Origin: Alphaproteobacteria bacterium
GTDB lineage: Bacteria; Pseudomonadota; Alphaproteobacteria; Micropepsales; Micropepsaceae
Reading direction: 5' to 3'
DNA: 64,000 bases
Assembly (NCBI GenBank): GCA_025361185.1
Contig: JANYAR010000031.1
Location: 30,197-94,196 of the forward strand
Shown piece after piece: positions 27,812 through 38,097 of this stretch (within the stretch, counting starts at the first letter, position 1; every line of letters begins with the position of its first letter). The translations under genes were made by a program, and so were the position numbers. The notes beneath the pieces were generated by a model. It was given only the letters and a program-made list of their open reading frames with translations, was not told the origin of the DNA and did no database searches.

Positions 27812-30583
27812 ATGGGCCTGGAAAAACCCCAAACACTCGCCTTGCACGAGTTGATCGACGCCGACGCCTTGCGCCACAGCCTGACCGCCCTGGCCAAGGA
27901 GACCGGCGATCCCGGCACCCTGCGCCCATCCGGCCTGGCGCTGATCAAGAGTGCGTTCCTGACGGGGCGCGAGCGGGTCAAATATGCCGTCGAAAAGGAA
28001 GGCCTGCCCGGCCTGCCCGCCGCCCGCGCGCTGTCGCAGCTGCAGGACGCCATCATCCAGGTGATCTACGACTTCGCCACCAAGCATGTGTATTACGCCC
28101 AAAACCCCTCCACCGCCGAACGCATCGCGGTGGTGGCGACCGGCGGCTATGGCCGCGGCGAGCTGGCGCCGGGCTCCGACATCGACCTTCTGTTCCTGCG
28201 CCCCTTCAAGCAGACCGCCTGGGGCGAAAGCGTCATCGAATTCATCCTCTACATGCTGTGGGACCTGGGGCTGAAGGTCGGTCACGCCACCCGCAGCCTG
28301 GCGGAATGCGTGCGGCTGGCCAAGCTGGACGTCACCATCCGCACCGCCATCCTGGAGATGCGTTTTCTATGGGGCGACCGCGGACTGTACGAAGACCTGC
28401 GCAAGAAATTCTGGAGCGAAATCGCTACCGGCAATGGCCGCGCCTTTGTCGAAGCCAAGCTGGCCGAGCGCAAGGAACGCCACCAGCGCCAGGGCATGAG
28501 CCGCTATCTGGTCGAGCCCAACATCAAGGAAGGCAAGGGCGGGCTGCGCGACCTGCAGACCCTCTACTGGATCGGCAAATATCTCTATCACGTCGATGAC
28601 TCAGCCGACCTGGTGGAGCATGGCGTCTTCACCCGCGAGGAATTCCGCACCTTCCAGAAAGCGGAAGCCTTTCTGTGGAACGTGCGGGTGCATCTGCATT
28701 ACCTGCTGGGGCGGCCCGAGGAGCGCATGAGCTTCGACGTGCAGCCGGCGCTGGCGGCCCAGCTGGGCTATGTCGATGAACAAAAACCCCGCCGCGCGGT
28801 GGAAGCCTTCATGCGCGCCTACTTCCTGGTAGCCAAGGATGTGGGCGATCTGACCCGCATCTTCTGCGCCGCGCTGGAAGAACAGCACCGCAAGGTGCGC
28901 CCGTCGCTGCGGCGCATATTGCCGGGTTTCCTCAAAGCCCGCACGCCCAATGACGATTTCTTTGTCGAGAATGGGCGGCTGAACGCCAATCCGGCCATCT
29001 TCCGCGCCGACCCCGCCAACATCCTGCGCATGTTCCATATCGCCGACGACAAGGGCGTGGACATCCATCCCAACGCGCTGCGCACTGTCGCCCGTTCGCT
29101 GGACCTGATCACCGATGCGGTGCGCCACAATCCGGTCGCCAACCAGGCTTTCCTGGAAGTGCTCACCTCGCGCCACGATCCCGAGCGCGCGCTCAGGCTG
29201 ATGAACGAGGCGGGCGTCCTGGGCCGCTTCATTCCGGAATTCGGCCATGCCGTGGGACTGATGCAGTTCAACATGTATCACCATTATACGGTGGACGAGC
29301 ATCTGATCCGCGCCGTGGGCAATGTCGCGGCCATCGAACGCGGCGATCACAAGGAAGACCATCCGCTCACCAGCGACATCGTCAAGCGCATCCAGGCGCG
29401 CAATGTGCTGTACTGCGCCATCCTGCTGCACGACATGGCCAAGGGGTTACCCGGCGACCATAGCGATGTGGGCGCGGAAATCGCCCGCAGCCTGTGTCCG
29501 CGCCTGGGCCTCTCGGCCACTGACACCGTGGCGGTGGCCTGGCTGGTGAAGAACCATCTGGTGATGAGCGACACCGCCCAGCGCCGCGATGTCTCCGATC
29601 CCAAGACGGTGCGCGATTTCGTCGAGCTGGTGCAGACGCCCGAAATGCTGCGGCTGTTGGTGATCCTGACCGTGGCCGATATCCGTGCCGTGGGGCCCGG
29701 CGTATGGAACGGCTGGAAGGGCCAGCTGCTGCGCGAACTTTATTACGCGGCCGAAAACATGATGACCGGCGGCGATCAGGCGCCGTCGCGCGGCAGCCGC
29801 GTCGCCGCCGCCAAGGCGGGACTGGAAGCGCGGCTGGGCGATCTGTCGCCGGCGCAGCGCGAGCGGGCATTGAACCGCCACTATGACAATTACTGGCTGG
29901 CCTTCGACGAGGACGAGCTGGAACGCCATGCCAGGCTGGTGACCAAGGCCGACGGCAGCAGCGCGCTGCTCACCCTGGACGCCTCCACCAACGCCTTCCG
30001 CGCCGTCAGCGAGATCATTCTCTACACCCCGGACAATGCGGGGCTGTTCTCCCAGATCGCCGGCGCCATCGCCATGGCGGGCGGCTCCATCGTCGACGCC
30101 AAGGCCTTCACCACCTCCGACGGCTTCGCGCTGGACGTGTTCTCGGTGCAGGACGCCGAGGGCAAGGCGTTCGGCGATGCCGAGCGGCTGGGGCGGCTGC
30201 GCCAGTCCATCGAAAAGACGTTGCGCGGCGAAGTACGCCCCCGCCGCGAACTGGCCGCCCGCAAGGTGCAACGCACCCGCGCCAGTGCCTTCTCCATCAA
30301 GCCCAAGATTCTTTTCGACAATGAGGCCTCACGCATCGCCACCGTGATCGAGGTGGAGTGCCTGGACCGGCCCGGCCTGCTCTACGACATCACCCAGTCG
30401 ATCTTCGAGGCGGGCCTGTCCATTTCCACCTCCATGGTAGCGACCTATGGCGAGCGCGCCGTCGACGTTTTCTATGTGCGCGACGGCTTCGGCCACAAGA
30501 TCGTGCATCCCACGCGGCTGGAGGCGGTGGAACGGCGGCTGAAAGCCGCCCTGGCGCCCGTGGAAGCCCCGGTACAATCTTGA
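27812..30583 (+). CDS. glnD: [Protein-PII] uridylyltransferase
   Basis: GGYGRGEL.PGSDIDL, EPNIKEGKGGLRDL, YHHYTVDEH, LLHD, two ACT domains. Confidence 0.96.
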   Translation: MGLEKPQTLALHELIDADALRHSLTALAKETGDPGTLRPSGLALIKSAFLTGRERVKYAVEKEGLPGLPAARALSQLQDAIIQVIYDFATKHVYYAQNPSTAERIAVVATGGYGRGELAPGSDIDLLFLRPFKQTAWGESVIEFILYMLWDLGLKVGHATRSLAECVRLAKLDVTIRTAILEMRFLWGDRGLYEDLRKKFWSEIATGNGRAFVEAKLAERKERHQRQGMSRYLVEPNIKEGKGGLRDLQTLYWIGKYLYHVDDSADLVEHGVFTREEFRTFQKAEAFLWNVRVHLHYLLGRPEERMSFDVQPALAAQLGYVDEQKPRRAVEAFMRAYFLVAKDVGDLTRIFCAALEEQHRKVRPSLRRILPGFLKARTPNDDFFVENGRLNANPAIFRADPANILRMFHIADDKGVDIHPNALRTVARSLDLITDAVRHNPVANQAFLEVLTSRHDPERALRLMNEAGVLGRFIPEFGHAVGLMQFNMYHHYTVDEHLIRAVGNVAAIERGDHKEDHPLTSDIVKRIQARNVLYCAILLHDMAKGLPGDHSDVGAEIARSLCPRLGLSATDTVAVAWLVKNHLVMSDTAQRRDVSDPKTVRDFVELVQTPEMLRLLVILTVADIRAVGPGVWNGWKGQLLRELYYAAENMMTGGDQAPSRGSRVAAAKAGLEARLGDLSPAQRERALNRHYDNYWLAFDEDELERHARLVTKADGSSALLTLDASTNAFRAVSEIILYTPDNAGLFSQIAGAIAMAGGSIVDAKAFTTSDGFALDVFSVQDAEGKAFGDAERLGRLRQSIEKTLRGEVRPRRELAARKVQRTRASAFSIKPKILFDNEASRIATVIEVECLDRPGLLYDITQSIFEAGLSISTSMVATYGERAVDVFYVRDGFGHKIVHPTRLEAVERRLKAALAPVEAPVQS

Positions 30584-30653
30584 AGGTTGAACAGGGTCAA
30601 GGCATAAGAGCTTTTTTTATGGAGGCCGCATTTTCTACGAAAATGCGGGGGGC

Positions 30654-31670
30654 ATGACGCACAAACCACTCGTCCTTTCGGGCATGCAGCCCACCAACAC
30701 CTTGCATCTGGGCAATTATCTGGGCGCGCTCAAGAACTGGGTGCGGCTGCAGGAACAGATGCCTTGCCTGTTCTGCGTGGTGGACATGCATGCGCTGACC
30801 CAGGAGTCCGGCTATGCCAAGCCGGCCGACCTGGCGCGTGCGACGCGCGAGGTCACCGCCGCCTATATCGCCGCCGGCGTGGACCCGGCGCGCACGCCGA
30901 TCTTCAATCAGTCGCGCGTGCCCGAGCATGGCGAGCTGGCCTGGATCTTCAACTGCGTTGCGCGGCTGGGCTGGATGGACCGCATGACCCAGTTCAAGGA
31001 AAAGGCGGGCAAGGACAAGGAACGTGCCAGCGTGGGGCTTTACACCTATCCCGTGCTGATGGCCGCCGACATCCTGGTCTACAAAGCCACCCATGTGCCG
31101 GTGGGCGAGGACCAGAAACAGCATCTGGAACTGGCGCGCGACATCGCCGCCAAGTTCAACAATGACTTCGCCGTGCCCGACTTCTTCCCCCAGCCCGAAC
31201 CGGTGATCACCGGAACCGCGACGCGGGTGATGAGTTTGCGCGACGGCGCCAAGAAAATGTCCAAGACGGATGCCAGCGACAACAGCCGCATCAACCTGAC
31301 CGATGACGCCGATGCGATCGCGGGCAAGATCAAGCGCGCCAAGACCGATCCCCTGCCCCTGCCCGCCAGCAAGGATGAGCTGAAAGACCGGCCCGAGGCG
31401 GAAAACCTGCTCAACATCTATGCCGCGCTGGCCGATCAGGACCGCGATGGCGTGATCGCCCAATTCGCGGGTCAGCAATTCTCCGGCTTCAAGACGGCGC
31501 TGGCCGACCTGACCGTCGCCAAACTGGCGCCGATCACCGCCGAGATGCGCCGCCTGCTGGCCGACCCGGCCGAGATCGACCGCATTCTCAGGAGCGGCGC
31601 CGACAGAGCGCGCGCCATTGCCGTGCCCATCATGGACGAGGTCAAGAAGACTGTGGGCTTCGTGACATGA
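30654..31670 (+). CDS. trpS: Tryptophan--tRNA ligase
   Basis: [32 protein letters not shown]. Confidence 0.97.
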   Translation: MTHKPLVLSGMQPTNTLHLGNYLGALKNWVRLQEQMPCLFCVVDMHALTQESGYAKPADLARATREVTAAYIAAGVDPARTPIFNQSRVPEHGELAWIFNCVARLGWMDRMTQFKEKAGKDKERASVGLYTYPVLMAADILVYKATHVPVGEDQKQHLELARDIAAKFNNDFAVPDFFPQPEPVITGTATRVMSLRDGAKKMSKTDASDNSRINLTDDADAIAGKIKRAKTDPLPLPASKDELKDRPEAENLLNIYAALADQDRDGVIAQFAGQQFSGFKTALADLTVAKLAPITAEMRRLLADPAEIDRILRSGADRARAIAVPIMDEVKKTVGFVT

Positions 31671-32416
31671 AAAACGTTCTGGTCACCGGTGCCGCCAAGC
31701 GGCTGGGGCGGGCCATCGCCCTGGACCTGGCGGCCGGCGGCTGGAATGTGGCGATTCATTACAACAGTTCGCAAAGTGACGCGCAAAGCGCGGCGCAAGC
31801 CGTGCGTGCCCTGGGCGCCGAGACCGCAACATTGCAGTGCGACCTGTCGAAGGAAGCCGAGGTTGCCACACTGGTGGACCGCGCGGCGCGCGAGATCGGG
31901 CCGCTGACGGCGCTGATCAACTCCGCCTCCCTGTTCGAGAATGACGATTGGCAAAGCGCGACCCGCAAGACCTGGGACGATCACATCGAGACCAATTTGC
32001 GTGCACCATTGCTTTTGTCGCAGCTTTTCGCCAAGCAGCTTCCGGCCAACGCCCAGGGCAATATCATCAACATCGTCGATCAGCGCGTTCTCAAGCCGAC
32101 ACCCCAGTTTCTCTCCTACAGCTTCAGCAAGGCGGGGCTTTATTGGCTCACCACCACATTGGCGCAGGGCATGGGCCCGCGCATCCGCGTCAATGCCGTG
32201 GGCCCCGGCCCCACCCTGAAAAATCCGCGCCAGTCCGACCTTGATTTCAACCGCCAGCGCGATGCCACCATCCTTGGGCATGGCGCCGAACCCGCCGACA
32301 TCTGCGCCGCGGTGCGCTATCTGCTGAACGCCGAGGCGGTCACCGGCCAGATGATCGCGGTGGATGGCGGCCAGCACCTGATCTGGCAGACCCCGGACGT
32401 GCAGGTTTCGGAATGA
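31667..32416 (+). CDS. SDR, pteridine reductase/FolM-like
   Basis: [17 protein letters not shown]; coupled to folB. Confidence 0.85.
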   Translation: MKNVLVTGAAKRLGRAIALDLAAGGWNVAIHYNSSQSDAQSAAQAVRALGAETATLQCDLSKEAEVATLVDRAAREIGPLTALINSASLFENDDWQSATRKTWDDHIETNLRAPLLLSQLFAKQLPANAQGNIINIVDQRVLKPTPQFLSYSFSKAGLYWLTTTLAQGMGPRIRVNAVGPGPTLKNPRQSDLDFNRQRDATILGHGAEPADICAAVRYLLNAEAVTGQMIAVDGGQHLIWQTPDVQVSE

Positions 32417-32805
32417 GCAAACCCGAGAGTCCGCGCTTTGCCAGCGCCACGCACGGTGTCCGCCATGTCTTCATCCGCAACCTGGAACTGGAGGCCCATA
32501 TCGGCGTCTACCGCCAGGAAGTGGGCCGCACCCAGCCGGTCCGCATCAATGTCGACCTGGCCACCGAAGACCTCGCCGACGCCCAGGACATGCTGGAAAA
32601 TGTGGTGGACTATCATGTGATCGAAAAGCGCATCCGCGCCATCATCGCCGAGGGCCATGTCCGTCTGGCGGAAACCCTGGCCGAACGCATCGCGGCGGCC
32701 TGTTTTGAGGACGCCCGCGTGCGCAAGGTGCGGGTGCGGGTGGAAAAACTGGCGGCCCTGACCCATGCCGAGAGCGTGGGGATAGAGATTGAGCGTAGCC
32801 GCTAA
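32413..32805 (+). CDS. folB: Dihydroneopterin aldolase
   Basis: IGVY..E..RTQPVRINVDL, VVDY, LAETLAE, VGIEIER. Confidence 0.9.
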   Translation: MSKPESPRFASATHGVRHVFIRNLELEAHIGVYRQEVGRTQPVRINVDLATEDLADAQDMLENVVDYHVIEKRIRAIIAEGHVRLAETLAERIAAACFEDARVRKVRVRVEKLAALTHAESVGIEIERSR

Positions 32806-32817
32806 TATATTGGCCGC

Positions 32818-34689
32818 ATGACTTCTCCTGAAGCGCCACTCAAAGGCGCGAGCCGCATTGCCGCCTATCTCAAGACCCTGCCCGACGCGCCGGGTGTCTA
32901 CCGCATGCTGAATGCGGCGGGCGATGTGCTGTATGTCGGCAAGGCCAAGAGCCTGAAGAAACGCGTTTCCTCCTATGCCCTGCGCGGCAACCATAACGAG
33001 CGCATCAGCCGCATGATCGCGGAAACGGCCGAGATGCTGTTTCTCACCACCGAGTCCGAGACCGAAGCGCTGCTGCTGGAGAGCAATCTCATCAAGCGGC
33101 TGAAGCCGCGCTACAATGTTTCCTATCGCGACGACAAGAGCTTTCCCAATATCCTGCTGCGCCAGGATCATCCCTTCCCGCAGCTTTTGAAACATCGCGG
33201 CGCCAAGAGTGTGAAGGGCGTCTATTTCGGCCCCTTCGCCAGCGCCGGCGCCGTCAACCGCACCCTCAACACTTTGCAGCGCGCTTTTCTGCTGCGCTCC
33301 TGTTCGGATTCAGTGTTCGACAGCCGTACCCGCCCCTGCCTGCTGTTTCAGATCAAGCGCTGCAGCGGCCCTTGCGTGAACCGTATCGACCAGACCGGCT
33401 ACCGCGAACTGGTGGAGGAAACCGAAAGCTTTCTGCAGGGCAAAAGCCAGACGGTACAGAACCAGTTGAAAGCCGAAATGTCCAAGGCGTCCGACGCAAT
33501 GGATTTCGAGGCCGCCGCCAAACTGCGCGACCGGCTGAAGGCGATGAGCCATATCCAGTCGTCGCAGGGCGTGAACCCTTCGACCTTCGCGGAGGCCGAC
33601 CTGTTCGCCGCCTATAGCGAAGGCGGCCATACCTGCATTCAGGTCTTCTTCTTCCGCGCCGGACAAAATTGGGGCAACCGGCCCTATTTCCCGCGCCACG
33701 CCGCCGACCTGCCGCTGGCGGAGGTTGTGGAATCCTTTGTCGGCCAATTTTATGACGAACGCACCGCGCCCAGGCTGATCCTCACATCGCAGGAATTGCC
33801 CGGCCGCGACCTGCTGGCCGAAGCCCTGGGCCTGCGCGCCGAGCACAAAGTGGAAATCGCCATGCCCCAGCGCGGGGAAAAACGCGAGATCATGGAACGC
33901 GCCTTGACCAACGCCCGCGAGCAGCTGGGGCGCCGCTTGGCGGAGAACAGCGCCCAGACCCAGTTGCTGGACGGTGTCGCCGACCTGTTCGGGCTGGACC
34001 AACCCCCGCGGCGGATCGAGGTTTATGACAATTCCCACATTCAGGGCGCCCATGCCTTGGGCGCCTTCATCGTGGCGGGGCCGGATGGCTTCGAGAAGGC
34101 GCAATATCGCAAATTCAACATCAAGACCGCGGAGCTGGCGCCCGGCGACGACTACGCCATGATGCGCGAGGTTCTGACCCGCCGTTTCGCGCGCATGGTC
34201 AAGGAAGAAGCGGACGCGTCCGACACGACCAAATGGCAGCGCCCCGACCTGGTGCTGATCGACGGCGGACCGGGCCAGTTGGCGATCGCCTGCCAGGTGT
34301 TCGCCGATCTAGGGGTGGAGGATGTCGCGCTGGCCGGCATTTCCAAGGGGCCGGATCGCGATGCCGGGCGCGAGCATTTCCACATGCAAGGCAAGGAGCC
34401 GTTCCGCCTCGATCCCAAGAGCCCCGTCCTGTATTACCTGCAGCGGCTGCGCGACGAGGCCCACCGCTTCGTCATCGGCGGCCACCGCAAAAAGCGCAGC
34501 GCCGCCATTGGCGCCAACCCGCTGGACGAGATCGCCGGGGTGGGCGCGGGTCGCAAACGGGCCCTGTTGCAGCATTTCGGTTCCGCCCGCGCCGTGGCTG
34601 GCGCCAGCCTGGCCGACATTGCGTCAGTTTCCGGTGTGAGTGAGACACTGGCCAAGAAAATCTTCGATTTCTTTCATTCAGGCGGGTGA
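32818..34689 (+). CDS. uvrC: Excinuclease ABC subunit C
   Basis: [37 protein letters not shown], HhH. Confidence 0.97.
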   Translation: MTSPEAPLKGASRIAAYLKTLPDAPGVYRMLNAAGDVLYVGKAKSLKKRVSSYALRGNHNERISRMIAETAEMLFLTTESETEALLLESNLIKRLKPRYNVSYRDDKSFPNILLRQDHPFPQLLKHRGAKSVKGVYFGPFASAGAVNRTLNTLQRAFLLRSCSDSVFDSRTRPCLLFQIKRCSGPCVNRIDQTGYRELVEETESFLQGKSQTVQNQLKAEMSKASDAMDFEAAAKLRDRLKAMSHIQSSQGVNPSTFAEADLFAAYSEGGHTCIQVFFFRAGQNWGNRPYFPRHAADLPLAEVVESFVGQFYDERTAPRLILTSQELPGRDLLAEALGLRAEHKVEIAMPQRGEKREIMERALTNAREQLGRRLAENSAQTQLLDGVADLFGLDQPPRRIEVYDNSHIQGAHALGAFIVAGPDGFEKAQYRKFNIKTAELAPGDDYAMMREVLTRRFARMVKEEADASDTTKWQRPDLVLIDGGPGQLAIACQVFADLGVEDVALAGISKGPDRDAGREHFHMQGKEPFRLDPKSPVLYYLQRLRDEAHRFVIGGHRKKRSAAIGANPLDEIAGVGAGRKRALLQHFGSARAVAGASLADIASVSGVSETLAKKIFDFFHSGG

Positions 34690-34720
34690 CCCGAAGCGAG
34701 CGGGCTCTTAAAGTGGTCCC

Positions 34721-35356
34721 ATGTTCGCTTTGCCCAATGCCCTGACCATCCTGCGCATCCTGCTGGTGCCGGTGTTTGTTATCACCTTTGTCCTCCCCGG
34801 CGATGTCGCGCGTCTGGTGGCCTTTGCGGTGTTCGCTTTGGCTGGGGTCAGCGACTGGCTGGACGGTTTTGCCGCCCGCAAGCTCAAGGCGGGCTCCGAT
34901 TTCGGCCGCATGCTGGACCCCATCGCCGACAAGGTGCTGGTGGCGGTGGCGCTGATGATGCTGGTGGCGGAGGGCACTTTCACCCAGGTCAAGCCGAATG
35001 GCATGCTGAGCCTGCTGAAACTGGTGCCCGCGCTGATCATCCTGTCGCGCGAGATACTGGTATCGGGCTTGCGCGAATTTCTCGCCGGCACCCGTGTCAG
35101 CGTGCCGGTCACAGCAGTGGCAAAGTTCAAGACTGCGGTACAGATGATCGCCATCGGCGCCATGATTCTGACACCCCTTGTCAGCAAGTATGCGCCCGAC
35201 CTTCCTGCCAAGACCTATATCGCGGGCGCCTATATAATGCTTTGGATCGCGGCAGCCCTGACCGTCTATACCGGCGTCGTCTATTTCCGCAACGGCCTGA
35301 GATACCTTCGCTTTGGCCCCACGCCGGAGCCGCCGCCGATACGCGAGACGGTGTGA
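34721..35356 (+). CDS. pgsA: CDP-diacylglycerol--glycerol-3-phosphate 3-phosphatidyltransferase
   Basis: [17 protein letters not shown]...[13 protein letters not shown]; follows uvrC. Confidence 0.94.
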   Translation: MFALPNALTILRILLVPVFVITFVLPGDVARLVAFAVFALAGVSDWLDGFAARKLKAGSDFGRMLDPIADKVLVAVALMMLVAEGTFTQVKPNGMLSLLKLVPALIILSREILVSGLREFLAGTRVSVPVTAVAKFKTAVQMIAIGAMILTPLVSKYAPDLPAKTYIAGAYIMLWIAAALTVYTGVVYFRNGLRYLRFGPTPEPPPIRETV

Positions 35357-36264
35357 ACCCACTCTGGATTGTTTTCACCTTGCTGGGTGCGGTGGGTCAG
35401 ACCGCGCGCAATACCATGCAGCGCGAATTGACGCCCAGCCTGGGCGCACTGGGCGCAACCCTGGTCCGCTTTCTGTTCGGTTTTCCCTTTGCGCTGCTGT
35501 TCCTCGTGGCCGTACTGGCAGGGACGCACGCAACCTTACCCACGGTCAATCGCGATTTTCTGCTTTGGATCGGGCTCGGCGCCGCAACCCAGATCGGCGG
35601 CACCGCGTTGATGCTAATGACCATGGAGCAGCGCTCTTTCGTCGTAACCATCGCATATCTGAAGACCGAGCCGGTGCTGGTGGCGCTGATGGGTCTGGCC
35701 TTCCTGGGCGATCCGCTGACGGCGGCGATGGCGCTGGCAATCATTATTGCGATGGCGGGCGTGGCTCTGATCTCCGTCAAGCCCGAAGCCATCGCCGGCG
35801 GCCGCTTTTCAATTTTAAGGGGGCCCGCGCTGTTGGGCTTGTCTTCCGCCGCGCTGTTCGCGGCCTCGGCGATCGGTTATCGCGGCGCTATCCTGTCTCT
35901 GCATCAGGCGAGTTATGTGCTGGGCGCGACCTTCTCGCTGGCGGCGGGATTGACCCTGCAAACCGTATTGCTACTGAGCTGGCTGCTGTTGGTGCGGCGT
36001 GACATGCTGGCCGCCATCGCAGGGCTGTGGCGGCCCTCCCTGCTGGCAGGCTTTGCCGGCGCCGCGGCTTCCCAATTCTGGTTTCTGGCCTTTGCGCTGG
36101 CCAGCGCCGCCAGTGTTCGCACTCTGGCGCTGGTGGAAGTCCTGTTCGCCCAGGGGGTGACACGGTTCTTCTTCCGGCAGAAGACAAGTTTGCGCGAAGC
36201 AGCCGGCATAGTCCTGCTGCTCGCGGGCGCAATTCTGATCGTTTGGGCTAACTCTGAGGCTTAA
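35353..36264 (+). CDS. DMT/EamA family transporter
   Basis: About 10 TM; QTARN.MQR, YLKTE. Confidence 0.82.
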   Translation: MNPLWIVFTLLGAVGQTARNTMQRELTPSLGALGATLVRFLFGFPFALLFLVAVLAGTHATLPTVNRDFLLWIGLGAATQIGGTALMLMTMEQRSFVVTIAYLKTEPVLVALMGLAFLGDPLTAAMALAIIIAMAGVALISVKPEAIAGGRFSILRGPALLGLSSAALFAASAIGYRGAILSLHQASYVLGATFSLAAGLTLQTVLLLSWLLLVRRDMLAAIAGLWRPSLLAGFAGAAASQFWFLAFALASAASVRTLALVEVLFAQGVTRFFFRQKTSLREAAGIVLLLAGAILIVWANSEA

Positions 36265-37154
36265 GCCGAAACCTTGGCGACGCCGCGCACTTCATCCGCA
36301 TAAGCATTCATCAGCGATTCCGTCAGGGCGCCGGGCTTGAACTTGTAAGTCCCGATCTCCGACACCGGCGTCACTTCCGCCGCCGAACCGGTGAGAAAAC
36401 ATTCGCTGAAGCCCGTCATCTCTTCCGGCTTGATATGCCGCTCCACCACCGTGATGCCGCGCGCCTTGGCGATGGCGATCACCGACTGGCGGGTCAGCCC
36501 GTTGAGGAAACAGTCCGGTATGGGCGTGTGCAGCACGCCATCCTGCACAAAGAAGACATTGGCGCCGGTGGCTTCCGCGACATAGCCGCGATAATCGAAC
36601 ATCAGCGCGTCGGCATAGCCCTTGGCTTCCGCCTCATGCTTGGAGACGGTGCAGATCATGTAGAGGCCCGCCGCCTTGGCATGCACCGGCTCGGTTTCCG
36701 CCGAGGGCCGCTTCCAGCGCGAAATGTCGAGGCGGATGCCTTTGAGCTTTTCCGCCGGGCTGAAATAGGAGGGCCAGGGCCAGCAGGCGATGGCGACATG
36801 AATGGTGGTGTTCTGGGCCGACACCGCCATCATCTCGCTGCCCCGGAACGCCACCGGGCGTAAATATCCGTCCTTGACGTTCTGCGCCGCCGCCGCATCG
36901 ATACAGGCCTGATTGATCTGGTCCTGGGTAAAGGGAATTTTCATGCCCAAGGTTTCGGCCGAAAAAAACAGCCGTGCGGTATGCTCCTTGAGCTTGTAGA
37001 TCTTGCCGCCGTAGATGCGCTGACCCTCGAACACACAAGAGCCATAATGCAGGCCATGGGTCAGCACATGGGTCTTGGCGTCCCGCCAGGGCACCAGCTT
37101 GCCGTCATACCAAAGCGAACCGTCGCGCTGGTCGAAAGGGATCACGTCTGCCAT
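36261..37154 (-). CDS. ilvE: Branched-chain amino acid aminotransferase
   Basis: THGLHYGSCVFEG, AKAAGLY, AEATGAN, FLTGSAAEV. Confidence 0.94.
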   Translation of the reverse strand: MADVIPFDQRDGSLWYDGKLVPWRDAKTHVLTHGLHYGSCVFEGQRIYGGKIYKLKEHTARLFFSAETLGMKIPFTQDQINQACIDAAAAQNVKDGYLRPVAFRGSEMMAVSAQNTTIHVAIACWPWPSYFSPAEKLKGIRLDISRWKRPSAETEPVHAKAAGLYMICTVSKHEAEAKGYADALMFDYRGYVAEATGANVFFVQDGVLHTPIPDCFLNGLTRQSVIAIAKARGITVVERHIKPEEMTGFSECFLTGSAAEVTPVSEIGTYKFKPGALTESLMNAYADEVRGVAKVSA

Positions 37155-37307
37155 CGTTAAATCCTGAGTTACATCCTGCGGGCTTGCCCGCCTTCCGGGG
37201 AGGGCCTAGTTTTTCTCCCATGTATTGCAGCATGGCCGACGCGAAAACCGCAAGGGTCGCAAGGGCTTTTTGGCCCCTGCCCCGGGCATGGCAGCCATGA
37301 GCCCCCC

Positions 37308-38006
37308 ATGAATCTGCCCGGCCCGGACGAACCGCATCTGCTGGTGGTGGACGATGACGAGCGGCTGCGCGCCCTGCTGCAGCGTTATTTGTCGACCCAT
37401 GGCTACCGGGTGAGCGCCGCGCCGGGGGCGGCTGAGGCGCGGGCCCTGATGAAGGGCATGGCTTTCGACCTGCTGATCCTGGACGTCATGATGCCCGGAG
37501 AATCCGGCTTCGATCTGACCCGCAGCGTACGCCTGGAGTCGGCCGTGCCCATTTTGATGCTGACGGCACGCGGCGATCCGGCCGACCGCATCGCGGGCCT
37601 GGAGCTGGGGGCGGATGACTATCTTCCCAAGCCGTTTGAACCGCGCGAACTGTTGCTGCGGGTCAATTCGCTGCTGCGGCGCGTCGCGCCGCCGGAGGCC
37701 CCCGCTTTGGGGCCGGTGCGCATGGGCGAAGCAATATTCGATCCCGCCACCTCGCGGCTCACACGCGCGGCGCGCCCGGTCAAGTTGACGGGGGCGGAAG
37801 CCGCCCTGTTGCAGCTTTTCGCCACCCATACGGGCCGCCCCTTCAGCCGCAGCGAATTGTGCAAGCGGCTGAACGTGGCGCTGGAGCGTTCCATCGACGT
37901 GCAGGTGACCCGCCTGCGGCGCAAGATCGAGGAAGACCCCAAGCTGCCCTTGTACCTGCAGACGGTGCGGGGCGTGGGTTACATGCTGGTGCCCGACCGT
38001 GGTTGA
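37308..38006 (+). CDS. ompR: OmpR family response regulator
   Basis: VVDDD, LDVMMPG, GADDYLPKPF, wHTH RSIDVQVTRLRRKIE..P..QTVRG.GY. Confidence 0.85.
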   Translation: MNLPGPDEPHLLVVDDDERLRALLQRYLSTHGYRVSAAPGAAEARALMKGMAFDLLILDVMMPGESGFDLTRSVRLESAVPILMLTARGDPADRIAGLELGADDYLPKPFEPRELLLRVNSLLRRVAPPEAPALGPVRMGEAIFDPATSRLTRAARPVKLTGAEAALLQLFATHTGRPFSRSELCKRLNVALERSIDVQVTRLRRKIEEDPKLPLYLQTVRGVGYMLVPDRG

Positions 38007-38097
38007 ATCACGCACGCCCCCTTTTCTCAATGCCCCAATGCGGACGCATTGGGGCGTGCGGGGCGTGGGTTACATGCTGGTGCCCGATCGTGGTTGA
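37965..38097 (+). repeat. 42-bp direct repeat of the ompR 3' end flanking a 49-bp palindromic spacer
   Basis: 37965-38006 vs 38056-38097, 41/42 identical. Confidence 0.92.

Noticed and set aside
30584-30653. Missing murJ between glnD and trpS as a deletion scar
   Set aside because: No recognisable remnant; simple gene-order variation is sufficient.
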